Part shown: positions 34,911 through 51,400 of the stretch, one piece after another
Position numbering within the stretch: position 1 is the stretch's first letter
Layout: each line of letters begins with the position of its first letter
NCBI GenBank assembly: GCA_964016885.1
Contig: OZ024756.1
Span: forward strand, 43,028,001 to 43,092,000
Length of the DNA stretch: 64,000 nt
DNA from: Eledone cirrhosa
Taxonomy: Eukaryota
Direction of reading: 5' to 3'
Notes under the pieces: model-generated
Database searches by the model: none
What the model was told of the DNA's origin: nothing
What the model saw: the letters and a program-made list of their open reading frames with translations, nothing else
Made by a program: the position numbers and the translations under genes

Positions 34911-37900
34911 GGACACACACTAGAGACAGACATTGGACACAAACTAGAGACAGACATTGGATACACACTAGAGACAGACATTGGACACACACCAGAAACT
35001 GACATTGGACACACACTAGAAACAGACATTGGACACACACTAGAGATAGACATTGGACACACACTAGAGACAGCCATTGGACACACACTAGAGACAGACA
35101 TTGGACACACACACTAGAGACAGACATTGGATACACACTAGAGACAGACATTGGACACACACCAGAAACAGACATTGGACACACACTAGAAACAGACATT
35201 GGACACACACTAGAGATAGACATTGGACACACACTAGAGACAGACAATGGACACACACTAGAGACAGACTTTGGACACACACACTAGAGTCAGACATTGG
35301 ACACACACTAGAGACAGACATTGGACACACACACTAGAGACAGAAATTAGACACACACTAGAGACAGACATTGGACACACACACTAGAGACAGACATTGG
35401 ACACACACACTACAGACAGACATCGGACACACACTAGAGATAGACATTGGACACACACTAGAGACAGACATTGGACACACACTAGAGACAGACTTTGGAC
35501 ACACACACTAGAGTCAGACATTGGACACACACTAGAGACAGACATTGGACACACACACTAGAGACAGAAATTAGACACACACTAGAGACAGACATTGGAC
35601 ACACACACTAGAGACAGACATTGGACACACACAATAGAGACATACATTGGACACACACTAGAGACAGAGATTGGACACACACTAGAGACAGACGTTCGAC
35701 ACACACTAGTGACAGACATTGGACACACACTAGACAGACATTGGACACACAATAGAAACAGACATTGGACACACACTAGAGAGAGACATTAGATACATAC
35801 CAGAGACAGACATTGGACACACACTAGCGACAGACATTGGACACACACTAGAGACAGACATTTGACACACACACTAGAGACATATATTGGACACACACTA
35901 GAGACAGACATTGGACACACACACTACAGACAGACATTGGACACACACACTAGAGACAGACATTGGACACACACTAGAGACAGACATTGGGTACACACTA
36001 GAGACAGACATTGGACACACACTAGAGACAGACATTGGACACACACTAGAGACAGACATTGGACACACACTAGATACAAACATTGGACACACACTAGAGA
36101 CAGACATTGGACACACACTAGAGACAGATATTGGACACACACTAGAGACAGACATTGGACACACCCACTAGAGACAGACATTGGACACACACTAGAGACT
36201 GACATTGGACACATACTAGAGACAGACATTGGACACACACTAGAGACAGACATTGGACACACACACTAGAGACAGACATTGGACACACACTAGAGACAGA
36301 CATTGGAGACACACTAGATATAGACATTGGACACACACTAGAGACAGACATTGGGCACACACTAGAGACAGACATTGGACACACACTAGAGACAGACATT
36401 GGACACACACTAGATACAGACATTGAACACACACTAGAGACAGACATTGGACCCACATACTAGAGACATACATTGGACACACACACTAGAGACAGACATT
36501 GGACACACACTAGAGACAGACATGGGATACACACTACAGACAGATATTTGACACACACTAGAGACAGACATTGGACACACACTAGAGACAGACATTGGAC
36601 ACACACTAGAGACAGAGATTGGACACACACCAGAGACAGACGTTGAACACACACTAGAGACAGACATTGGACACACACTAGAGACTGACATTGGACAAAC
36701 ACTAGAGACAGACATTGGACACACACACTAGTGACAGTTATTGGACACACACTAGAGACAGACATTGGACACACACTAGAGACAGACATTGGACACACAC
36801 TAGAGACAGACATTGGACACACACTAGAGACAGACATTGGATACACACTAGAGACAGACATTGGACACACACCAGAAACAGACATTGGGCACACACTAGA
36901 AACAGACATTGGACACACACTAGAGATAGACATTGGACACACACTAGAGACAGACATTGGACACACACTAGAGACAGACTTTGGACACACACACTAGAGT
37001 CAGACATTGGACACACACACTAGAGACAGACATTGGATACACACACTACAGACAGACATTGGACACACACTAGAGATAGACATTGGACACACACTAGAGA
37101 CAGACATTGGACACACACTAGAGACATACTTTGGACACACACACTAGAGTCAGACATTGGACACACACTAGAGACAGACATTGGACACACACACTAGAGA
37201 CAGAAATTAGACACACACTAGAGACAGACATTGGACACACACACTAGAGACAGACATTGGACACACACAATAGAGACATACATTGGACACACACTAGAGA
37301 CAGAGATTGGACACACTAGAGACAGACATTGGACACACACTAGTGACAGACATTGGACACACACTAGACAGACATTGGACACACAATAGAGACAGACATT
37401 GGACACACACTAGAGAGAGACATTAGACACATACCAGAGACAGACATTGGACACACACTAGCGACAGACATTGGACACACACTAGAGACAGACATTTGAC
37501 ACACACACTAGAGACATATATTGGACACACACTAGAGACAGACATTGGACACACACACTAGAGACAGACATTGGACACACACACTAGAGACAGACATTGG
37601 ACACACACTAGAGACAGACATTGGGTACACACTAGAGACAGACATTGGACACACACTAGAGACAGACATTGGACACACACTAGAGACAGACATTGGACAC
37701 ACACTAGATACAGACATTGGACACTCACTAGAGACAGATATTGGACGCACACTAGAGACAGACATTGGACACACCCACTAGAGACAGACATTGGACACAC
37801 ACTAGAGAAAGACATTGGATACACACTAGATACAGACATTGGACACACACTAGAGACAGACATTGGACACACACTAGAGACAGACATTGGACACACACTA

Positions 37901-38769
37901 GAGACAGACATTGGACACACACTAGAGACAGACATTGGATACACACTAGATACAGACATTGGGGACACACACTAGAGACAGACATTGGACTCACACTAGA
38001 GACAGACATTGGACAGACACTAGAGACAGACATTGGATACACACTACATACAGACATTGGACACACACTAGAGACAGACATTGGACACACACACTAGAGA
38101 CAGACATTAGACACACACACTAGAGACAGACATTGGACACACACTAGAGACAGAGATTGGAGACACGCTAGTGACAGACATTGGACACACACTAGAGACA
38201 GATATTGGACACACACTAGAGACAGACATTGGATACACAGGAGAGACAGACATTGGACACACACCCGAGACAGACATTGGACACACACTAGAGACAGACA
38301 TTGGACACACACACTAGAGACAGAAATTAGACACACACTAGAGACAGACATTGGACACACACTAGTGACAGACATTGGACACACACTAGAGACAGACATT
38401 GGACACACACTAGAGACAGACATTAGACACACTAGACATACATTGGACACACAATAGAGACAGACATTGGACACACACTAGCGACAGACATTGCACACAC
38501 ACTAGAGACAGACATTTGACACACACACTAGAGACAGACATTGGACACACACTAGAGACAGACATTGGATACACACTAGAGACAGACATTGGACACACAC
38601 CAGAAACAGACATTGGACAGACACTAGAAACAGACATTGGACACACACTAGAGATAGACATTGGACACACACTAGAGACAGACATTGGACACACACACTA
38701 GAGACAGACATTGGACACACACTAGAGACAGACATCGGGGACACACACTAGAGACAGACATTGGACACA

Positions 38770-41020
38770 CACTAGAGACAGACATTGGACACACACACTA
38801 GAGTCAGACATTGGACACACACTAGAGACAGACATTGGACACACACACTAGAGACAGAAATTAGACACACACTAGAGACAGACATTGAACACACACTAGT
38901 GACAGACATTGGACACACACTAGAGACCGTCATTGGACACACACTAGAGACAGACATTGGACACACACTAGACAGACATTGGACACACAATAGAGACAGA
39001 CATTGGACACACACTAGAGAGAGACATTAGACACATACCAGAGACAGTCATTGGACACACACTAGCGACAGACATTGGACACACACTAGAGACAGACATT
39101 TGAGACACACACTAGAGACAGACATTGGACAAACACACTAGAGACAGAAATTGGACACACACTAGATACAGATATTGGACCCACACTAGAGACATATATT
39201 GGACACACACTAGAGACAGACATTGGACACACACTAGAAACAGACATTGGACACACACTAGATACAGACATTGGACACACACTAGAGACAGCCATTGGAC
39301 ACACACTAGAGACAGACATTGGACACACACTAGATACAGACATTGGACACACAGACTAGAGACAGACATTGGACGCACCCACTAGAGAAAAACATTGGAC
39401 ACACACTAGAGACAGACATTTGACACACACTAGAGACAGATATTGGATACACACTATATACAGACATTGGACAGACACACTAGAGACAGACATTGGACTC
39501 ACACTAGAGACAGACATTGGACACACACTAGAGACAGACATGGGACACACACACTAGAGACAAACATTGGACACACACACTAGAGACAGACATTGGACAC
39601 ACACTAGAGACCGAAATTGGAGACACACTAGTGACAGACATTGGACAGACACTAGAGACAGACATTGGACACACACTAGAGACAGACATTGGATACACAG
39701 GAGAGACAGACATTGGACACACACCAGAGACAGACATTGGACACACACACAAGAGACAGACATTGGACACACACTAGAGACAGACATTGGACACATACTA
39801 GAGACAGACATTGGATACACACTAGAGACAGACATTGGACACACACCAGAAACAGACATTGGACACACACTAGAAACAAACATTGGACACACACTAGAGA
39901 TAGACATTGGACACACACTAGAGACAGACATTGGACACACACAAGAGACAGACATTGGACACACACACTAGAGACAGACATTGGACACACACACTAGAGA
40001 CAGACATTGGACACACACTAGAGACAGACATCGGACACACACACTAGAGACAGACATTGGACACACACTAGAGACAGACATTGGACACACACACTAGAGT
40101 CAGACATTGGACACACACTAGAGACAGACATTGGACACACACACACGAGACAGAAATTAGACACACACTAGAGACAGACATTGGACACACACTAGTGACA
40201 GACATTGGACACACACTAGAGACAGACATTGGACACACACTAGAGACAGACATTGGACACACACTAGACAGACATTGGACACACAATAGAGACAGACATT
40301 GGACACACACTAGAGAGAGACATTAGACACATACCAGAGACAGTCATTGGACACACACTAGCGACAGACATTGGACACACAGTAGAGACAGACATTTGAC
40401 ACACACACTAGAGACAGACATTGGACAAACACACTAGAGACGGACATTGGACACACACTAGATACAGACATTGGACCCACACTAGAGACATATATTGGAC
40501 ACACACTAGAGACAGACATTGGACACACACTAGAAACAGACATTGGACACACACTAGATACAGACATTGGACACACACTAGAGACAGCCATTGGACACAC
40601 ACTAGAGACAGCCATTGGACACACACTAGAGACAGACATTGGACACGCACTAGATACAGACATTGGACACACAGACTAGAGACAGACATTGGACGCACCC
40701 ACTAGAGAAAAACATTGGACACACACTAGAGACAGACATTGGACACACACTAGAGACAGACATTGGATACACATTATATACAGACATTGGACAGACACAC
40801 TAGAGACAGACATTGGACTCACACTAGAGACAGACATTGGACACACACTAGAGACAGACATTGGATACACACTAGATACAGACATTGGACACACACTAGG
40901 GACAGACATTGGACACACACACTAGAGACAAACATTGGACACACACACTAGAGACAGACATTGGACACACACTAGAGACAGAGATTGGAGACACACTAGT
41001 AACAAACATTGGACACACAC
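38770..41020 (+). repeat. About 1.3 kb imperfect tandem duplication
   Basis: Offsets 1296-1320 (38772/40068, 39112/40408, 39356/40676). Both copies carry CACAGACTAG, GGACGCACCCACTAGAGAAAAACATTGG and TATATACAG. Confidence 0.85.
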
Positions 41021-44000
41021 TAGAGACAGACATTGGACACACACTAGCGACAGACATTGGACACACACTAGAGACAGACATTTGACACACACACTAGAGA
41101 CAGACAATGGACAAACACACTAGAGACAGACATTGGACACACACTAGATACAGACATTGGACCCACACTAGAGACATATATTGGACACACACTAGATACA
41201 GACATTGGACACACACTAGAGACAGACATTGGACACACACTAGATACAGACATTGGACACACACAAGAGACCGACATTGGACACACACTAGAGACAGACA
41301 TTGGACACACACTAGATACAGACATTGGACACACACTAGAGAGACATTGGACACACACTAGAGACAGACATTGGACACACACTACAGACAGACATTCGAG
41401 ACACACTAGAGAGAGAAATTGGACACACATTAGAGACAGACATTGGACACACACTAGAGACAGACATTGGACACACACACTAGAGACAGACAATGGACAA
41501 ACACACTAGAGACAGACATTGGACACACACTAGAGACAGACATTAGATACACACTAGATACTGACATTGGACACACACTAGAGACAGACATTGGCCACAC
41601 ACACTAGAGACAAACATTGGACACACACACTAGAGACAGTCATTGGACACACACTAGAGACAGAGATTGGAGACACACTAGTGACAGACATTGGACACAC
41701 ACCAGAGACAGACATTGGACACACACACTAGAGACAGACATTGGACACACACTAGAGACAGACATTGGACACGTACTAGAGACAGACATTGGATACACAC
41801 TAGAGACAGACATTGGACACACACCAGAAACAGACATTGGACACACACTAGAAACAGACATTGGACACACACTAGAGATAGACATTGGACACACACTAGA
41901 GACAGACATTGGACACACACAAGAGACAGACATTGGACACACACACTAGAGTCAGACATTGGACACACACTAGAGACAGACATTGGACACACACACTAGA
42001 GACAAAAATTAGACGCACACTAGAGACAGACGTTGGACACACACACTAGAGACAGACATTGGACACACACACTAGAGACAGACATTGGACACACACTAGA
42101 GACAGACATTGGACACACACTAGTGACAGACATTGGACACACACTAGAGACAGACATTGGACACACACTAGAGACAGACATTGGACACACAATAGAGACA
42201 GACATTGGACACACACTAGAGACAGACATTGGACACACAATAGAGACAGACATTGGACACACACTCGAGAGAGACATTAGACACATACCAGAGACAGACA
42301 TTGGACACACACTAGCGACCGAGATTGGACACACACTAGAGACAGACATTTGACACACACACTAGAGACAGACATTGGACAAACACACTAGAGACAGACA
42401 TTGGACACACACTAGATACAGACATTGGACCCACACTAGATACAAACATTGGACACACACAAGAGACAGACATTGGACACACACTAGAGACAGACATTGG
42501 ACACACACACTAGAGACAGAAATTAGACACACACTAGAGACAGACATTGGACACACACACTAGAGACAGACATTGGACACACACAATAGAGACATACATT
42601 GGACACACACTAGAGACAGAGATTGGACACACACTAGAGACAGACATTGGACACACACTAGTGAGAGACATTGGACACACACTAGACAGACATTGGACAC
42701 ACGATAGAGACAGACATTGGACACACACTAGAGAGAGACATTAGACACATACCACAGACAGACATTGGACACACACTAGCGACAGACATTGGACACACAC
42801 TAGAGACAGACATTTGACACACACAATAGAGACATATATTGGACACACACTAGAGACAGACATTGGACACACACACTAGAGACAGACATTGGACACACAC
42901 ACTAGAGACAGACATTGGACACACACTAGAGACAGACATTGGGTACACATTAGAGACAGACATTGGACACACACTAGAGACAGACATTGGACACACACTA
43001 GAGACAGACATTGGACACACACTAGAGACAGACATTGGACACACACTAGACAGACATTGGACACACAATAGAGACAGACATTGGACACACACTAGAGAGA
43101 GACATTAGACACATACCAGAGACAGACTTTGGACACAGCCACTAGAGACAGACATTGGACACACACTAGAGACAGACATTGGATACACACTAGAGACAGA
43201 CATTGAACACACACTAGATACAGACATTGGACACACACTAGAGACAGACATTGGACACACACTAGAGACAGACATTAGACACACTAGACATACATTGGAC
43301 ACACAATAGAGACAGACATTGGACACACACTAGCGACAGACATTGCACACACACTAGAGACAGACATTTGACACACACACTAGAGACAGACATTGGACAC
43401 ACACTAGAGACAGACATTGGATACACACTAGAGACAGACATTGGACACACACCAGAAACAGACATTGGACAGACACTAGAAACAGACATTGGACACACAC
43501 TAGAGATAGACATTGGACACACACTAGAGACAGACATTGGACACACACACTAGAGACAGACATTGGACACACACTAGAGACAGACATCGGGGACACACAC
43601 TAGAGACAGACGTTGGACACACACTAGAGACAGACATTGGACACACACACTAGAGTCAGACATTGGACACACACTAGAGACAGACATTGGACACACACAC
43701 TAGAGACAGAAATTAGACACACACTAGAGACAGACATTGGACACACACTAGTGACAGACATTGGACACACACTAGAGACCGTCATTGGACACACACTAGA
43801 GACAGACATTGGACACACACTAGACAGACATTGGACACACAATAGAGACAGACATTGGACACACACTAGAGAGAGACATTAGACACATACCAGAGACAGT
43901 CATTGGACACACACTAGCGACAGACATTGGACACACACTAGATACAGACATTTGACACACACACTAGAGACAGACATTGGACAAACACACTAGAGACAGA

Positions 44001-45574
44001 CATTGGACACACACTAGATACAGACATTGGACCCACACTAGAGACATATTTTGGACACACACTAGAGAGAGACATTGGACACACACTAGAGACTGACATT
44101 GGACACACACTAGAGACAGACATTGTACACACACTAGAGACAGACATTGGACACACACTAGAGACAGACATTGGACACATACTAGAAACAGACATTGGAC
44201 ACACACTAGAGACAGATATTGGACACACACTAGAGACAGACATTGGACATACACTAGAGACAGACATTGGACACACACTAGAGACAGACATTAGACACAC
44301 ACTAGAGACAGACATTGGACACACACTAGAAAGAGACATTGGACACACACTAGAAACAGACATTGGACACACACTAGAGACTGACATTGGACACACACAA
44401 GAGACAGACATTTTACACACACTAGAGACAGACATTGGACACACACTAGAGACAGGCATTGGACACACACTAGAGAGAGACATTGGACACACACTAGAGA
44501 CTGACATTGAACACACACTAGAGACAGACATTGTACACACACTAGAGACAGAGATTGGACACACACTAGAGACAGACATTTGACACACACTAGAGATAAA
44601 CATTAGACACGCACTAGAGACAGACATTGGACACACACTAGAGACAGACATTGGACACACACTAGAGACAGACATTGGAGACACACTAGAGACAGACATT
44701 GGACACACACACGAAATATGGACATTGGACACACACTAGAGATAGACATTAGACACACACTAGAGACAGACATTGGACACACACTAGAGACAGACATTAG
44801 ACACGCACTAGAGACAGACATTGGACACACACTAGAGACAGACATTAGACACGCACTAGAGACAGACATTGGACACACACTAGAGACGGACATTGGACAC
44901 ACACAAGAGACAGACATTGGACACACACACGAAATACGGACATTGGACACACACTAGAGACAGACATTAGACACACACTAGAGACAGACATTGGACACAC
45001 ACTAGAGACACACATTAGACCCACACTAGAGACAGACATTAGACACACACTAGAGTCAGACATTGGACACACACTAGAGACAGACATTGGACACACACTA
45101 GAGACTGACATTGGACACACACAAGAGACAGACATTTTACACACACTAGAGAGAGACATTGGACACACACTAGAGTCAGGCATTGGACACACACTAGAGA
45201 CAGACATTGGACACACACTAGAGACAGACATTGGACACACATTAGAGACAGACATTGGACACACACTAGAGACAGACATTAGACACACACTAGAGACAGA
45301 CATTGGACACACACTAGAGACAGACATTGGACACACACACTAGAGACAGACATTGGACACACACTAGAAACAGACATTGGACACACACTAGAGACAGACA
45401 TTGGACACACACACTAGAGTCAGACATTGGACACACACTAGAGACAGACATTGGATACACACTAGAGACAGATATTGGACATACACTAGAGACAGACATT
45501 GGACACATACTAGAAACAGACATTGGACACACACTAGAGACAGACATTGGACACACACTAGAGACAGCCATTGG

Positions 45575-48460
45575 ACACACACTAGAGACAGACATTGGAC
45601 ACGCACTAGATACAGACATTGGACACACAGACTAGAGACAGACATTGGACGCACCCACTAGAGAAAAACATTGGACACACACTAGAGACAGACATTGGAC
45701 ACACACTAGAGACAGACATTGGATACACATTATATACAGACATTGGACAGACACACTAGAGACAGACATTGGACTCACACTAGAGACAGACATTGGACAC
45801 ACACTAGAGACAGACATTGGATACACACTAGATACAGACATTGGACACACACTAGGGACAGACATTGGACACACACACTAGAGACAAACATTGGACACAC
45901 ACACTAGAGACAGACATTGGACACACACTAGAGACGGAGATTGGAGACACACTAGTAACAAACATTGGACACACACTAGAGACAGACATTGGACACACAC
46001 TAGAGACAGACATTGGATACACAGGAGAGACAGACATTGGACACACACCAGAGACAGACATTGGACACACACACTAGTGACAGACATTGGACACACACTA
46101 GAGACAGACATTGGACACATACTAGAGACAGACATTGGATACACACTAGAGACAGACATTGGACACACACCAGAAACAGACATTGGACACACACTAGAAA
46201 CAGACATTGGACACACTCTAGAGATAGACATTGGACACACACTAGAGACAGACATTGGACACACACAAGAGACAGACATTGGACACACACACTAGAGACA
46301 GACATTGGACACACACTAGAGACAGACATTGGACACACATTAGAGACAGACATTGGACACACACTAGAGACAGACATTGGACACACATACTAGAGTCAGA
46401 CATTGGACACACACTAGAGACAGACATTGGACACACACACTAGAGACAGAAATTAGACGCACACTAGAGACAGACATTGGAAACACACACAAGAGACAGA
46501 CATTGGACACACACACTAGAGACAGACATTGGACACACACTAGAGACAGACATTGGACACACACTAGTGACAGACATTGGACACACACTAGAGACAGACA
46601 TTCGACACACACTAGAGACAGACATTGGACACACACTTGTGACAGACATTGGACACACACTAGAGACAGACATTGGGCACACACTAGAAACAGACATTGG
46701 ACACACACTAGAGACAGACATTGGACACACACTCGAGAGAGACATTAGACACATACCAGAGACAGACATTTGACACACACTAGCGACAGACATTGGACAC
46801 ACACTAGAGACAGACATTTGACACACACACTAGAGACAGACAATGGACAAACACACTAGAGACAGACATTGGACACACACTAGATACAGACATTGGACCC
46901 ACACTAGAGACATATATTGGACACACACTAGATACAGACATTGGACACACACTAGAGACAGACATTGGACACACACTAGAGACAGACATTGGGCACACAC
47001 TAGAGACAGACATTGGACACACACTAGAGACAGACATTGGACACGCACTAGATACAGACATTGGACACACAGACTAGAGACAGACATTGGACGCACCCAC
47101 TAGAGAAAAACATTGGACACACACTAGAGACAGACATTGGACACACACTAGAGACAGACATTGGATACACATTATATACAGACATTGGACAGACACACTA
47201 GAGACAGACATTGGACTCACACTAGAGACAGACATTGGACACACACTAGAGACAGACATTGGATACACACTAGATACAGACATTGGACACACACTAGGGA
47301 CAGACATTGGACACACACACTAGAGACAAACATTGGACACACACACTAGAGACAGACATTGGACACACACTAGAGACGGAGATTGGAGACACAATAGTAA
47401 CAAACATTGGACACACACTAGAGACAGACATTGGACACACACTAGAGACAGACATTGGATACACAGGAGAGACAGACATTGGACACACACCAGAGACAGA
47501 CATTGGACACACACACTAGTGACAGACATTGGACACACACTAGAGACAGACATTGGACACATACTAGAGACAGACATTGGATACACACTAGAGACAGACA
47601 TTGGACACACACCAGAAACAGACATTGGACACACACTAGAAACAGACATTGGACACACTCTAGAGATAGACATTGGACACACACTAGAGACAGACATTGG
47701 ACACACACAAGAGACAGACATTGGACACACACACTAGAGACAGACATTGGACACACACTAGAGACAGACATTGGACACACATTAGAGACAGACAATGGAC
47801 ACACACTAGAGACAGACATTGGACACACATACTAGAGTCAGACATTGGACACACACTAGAGACAGACATTGGACACACACACTAGAGACAGAAATTAGAC
47901 GCACACTAGAGACAGACATTGGACACACACACAAGAGACAGACATTGGACACACACACTAGAGACAGACATTGGACACACACTAGAGACAGACATTGGAC
48001 ACACACTAGTGACAGACATTGGACACACACTAGAGACAGACATTCGACACACACTAGAGACAGACATTGGACACACACTTGTGACAGACATTGGACACAC
48101 ACTAGAGACAGACATTGGGCACACACTAGAAACAGACATTGGACACACACTAGAGACAGACATTGGACACACACTCGAGAGAGACATTAGACACATACCA
48201 GAGACAGACATTTGACACACACTAGCGACAGACATTGGACACACACTAGAGACAGACATTTGACACACACACTAGAGACAGACAATGGACAAACACACTA
48301 GAGACAGACATTGGACACACACTAGATACAGACATTGGACCCACACTAGAGACATATATTGGACACACACTAGATACAGACATTGGACACACACTAGAGA
48401 CAGACATTGGACACACACTAGAGACAGACATTGGGCACACACTAGAGACAGACATTGGAC
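45575..48460 (+). repeat. 1442-bp near-identical tandem duplication
   Basis: Constant offset 1442 (45597/47039, ORFs 45632/47074, 46364/47806, 46804/48246). Shared rare variants GACGGAGATTGGAGAC, TAGTAACAAAC, CTCTAGAGATAG and CTTGTGAC. Confidence 0.92.
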
Positions 48461-51400
48461 ACACAATAGAGACAGACATTGGACACACACTCGAGAGAGA
48501 CATTAGACACATACCAGAGACAGACATTTGACACACACTAGCGACAGACATTGGACACACACTAGAGACAGACATTTGACACACACACTAGAGACAGTCA
48601 ATGGACAAACACACTAGAGACAGACATTGGACACACACTAGATACAGACATTGGACCCACACTAGAGACATATATTGGACACACACTAGATACAGACATT
48701 GGACACACACTAGAGACAGACATTGGACACACACTAGATACAGACATTGGACACACACAAGAGACCGACATTGGACACACACTAGAGACAGACATTGGAC
48801 ACACACTAGATACAGACATTGGACACACACTAGAGAGACATTGGACACACACTAGAGACAGACATTGGACACACACTACAGACAGACATTCGAGACACAC
48901 TAGAGAGAGAAATTGGACACACATTAGAGACAGACATTGGACACACACTAGAGACAGACATTGGACACACACACTAGAGACAGACAATGGACAAACACAC
49001 TAGAGACAGACATTGGACACACACTAGAGACAGACATTGGATACACACTAGATACAGACATTGGACACACACTAGAGACAGACATTGGACACACACACTA
49101 GAGACAAACATTGGACACACACACTAGAGACAGTCATTGGACACACACTAGAGACAGAGATTGGAGACACACTAGTGACAGACATTGGACACACACTAGA
49201 GACAGACATTGGACACACACTAGAGACAGACATTGGATACACAGGAGAGACAGACATTGGACACACACCAGAGACAGACATTGGACACACACACTAGAGA
49301 CAGACATTGGACACACACTAGAGACAGACATTGGACACGTACTAGAGACAGACATTGGATACACACTAGAGACAGACATTGGACACACACCAGAAACAGA
49401 CATTGGACACACACTAGAAACAGACATTGGACACACACTAGAGATAGACATTGGACACACACTAGAGACAGACATTGGACACACACAAGAGACAGACATT
49501 GGACACACACACTAGAGACAGACATTGGACACACACTAGAGACAGACATTGGACACACATTAGAGACAGACATTGGACACACACTAGAGACAGACATTGG
49601 ACACACACACTAGAGTCAGACATTGGACACACACTAGAGACAGACATTGGACACACACACTAGAGACAAAAATTAGACGCACACTAGAGACAGACGTTGG
49701 ACACACACACTAGAGACAGACATTGGACACACACACTAGAGACAGACATTGGACACACACTAGAGACAGACATTGGACACACACTAGTGACAGACATTGG
49801 ACACACACTAGAGACAGACATTGGACACACACTAGAGACAGACATTGGACACACAATAGAGACAGACATTGGACACACACTAGAGACAGACATTGGACAC
49901 ACAATAGAGACAGACATTGGACACACACTCGAGAGAGACATTAGACACATACCAGAGACAGACATTGGACACACACTAGCGACAGACATTGGACACACAC
50001 TAGAGACAGACATTTGACACACACACTAGAGACAGACATTGGACAAACACACTAGAGACAGACATTGGACACACACTAGATACAGACATTGGACCCACAC
50101 TAGATACAGACATTGGACACACACAAGAGACAGACATTGGACACACACTAGAGACAGAGATTGGACACACACTAGAGACAGACATTGGACACACACTAAT
50201 GAGAGACATTGGACACACACTAGACAGACATTGGACACACGATAGAGACAGACATTGGACACACACTAGAGAGAGACATTAGACACATACCACAGACAGA
50301 CATTGGACACACACTAGCGACAGACATTGGACACACACTAGAGACAGACATTTGACACACACAATAGAGACATATATTGGACACACACTAGAGACAGACA
50401 TTGGACACACACACTAGAGACAGACATTGGACACACACACTAGAGACAGACATTGGGTACACACTAGAGACAGACATTGGACACACACTAGAGACAGACA
50501 TTGGACACACACTAGAGACAGACATTGGACACACACTAGAGACAGAGATTGGACACACAATAGACAGACATTGGACACACAATAGAGACAGACATTGGAC
50601 ACACACTAGAGAGAGACATTAGACACATACCAGAGACAGACTTTGGACACAGCCACTAGAGACAGACATTGGACACACACTAGAGACAGACATTGGACAC
50701 ACACTAGAGACAGACATTGGACACACACTAGAGACAGACATTGGATACACACTAGATACAGACATTGGGGACACACACTAGAGACAGACATTGGACTCAC
50801 ACTAGAGACAGACATTGGACAGACACTAGAGACAGACATTGGATACACACTACATACAGACATTGGACACACACTAGAGACAGAGATTGGACACACACAC
50901 TAGAGACAGACATTAGACACACACACTAGAGACAGACATTGGACACACACTAGAGACAGAGATTGGAGACACACTAGTGACAGACATTGGACACACACTA
51001 GAGACAGATATTGGACACACACTAGAGACAGACATTGGATACACAGGAGAGACAGACATTGGACACACACCCGAGACAGACATTGGACACACACTAGAGA
51101 CAGACATTGGACACACACACTAGAGACAGAAATTAGACACACACTAGAGACAGACATTGGACACACACTAGTGACAGACATTGGACACACACTAGAGACA
51201 GACATTGGACACACACTAGAGACAGACATTAGACACACTAGACATACATTGGACACACAATAGAGACAGACATTGGACACACACTAGAGAGAGACATTAG
51301 ACACATACCAGAGACAGACATTGGACACACACTAGCGACAGACATTGCACACACACTAGAGACAGACATTTGACACACACACTAGAGACAGACATTGGAC

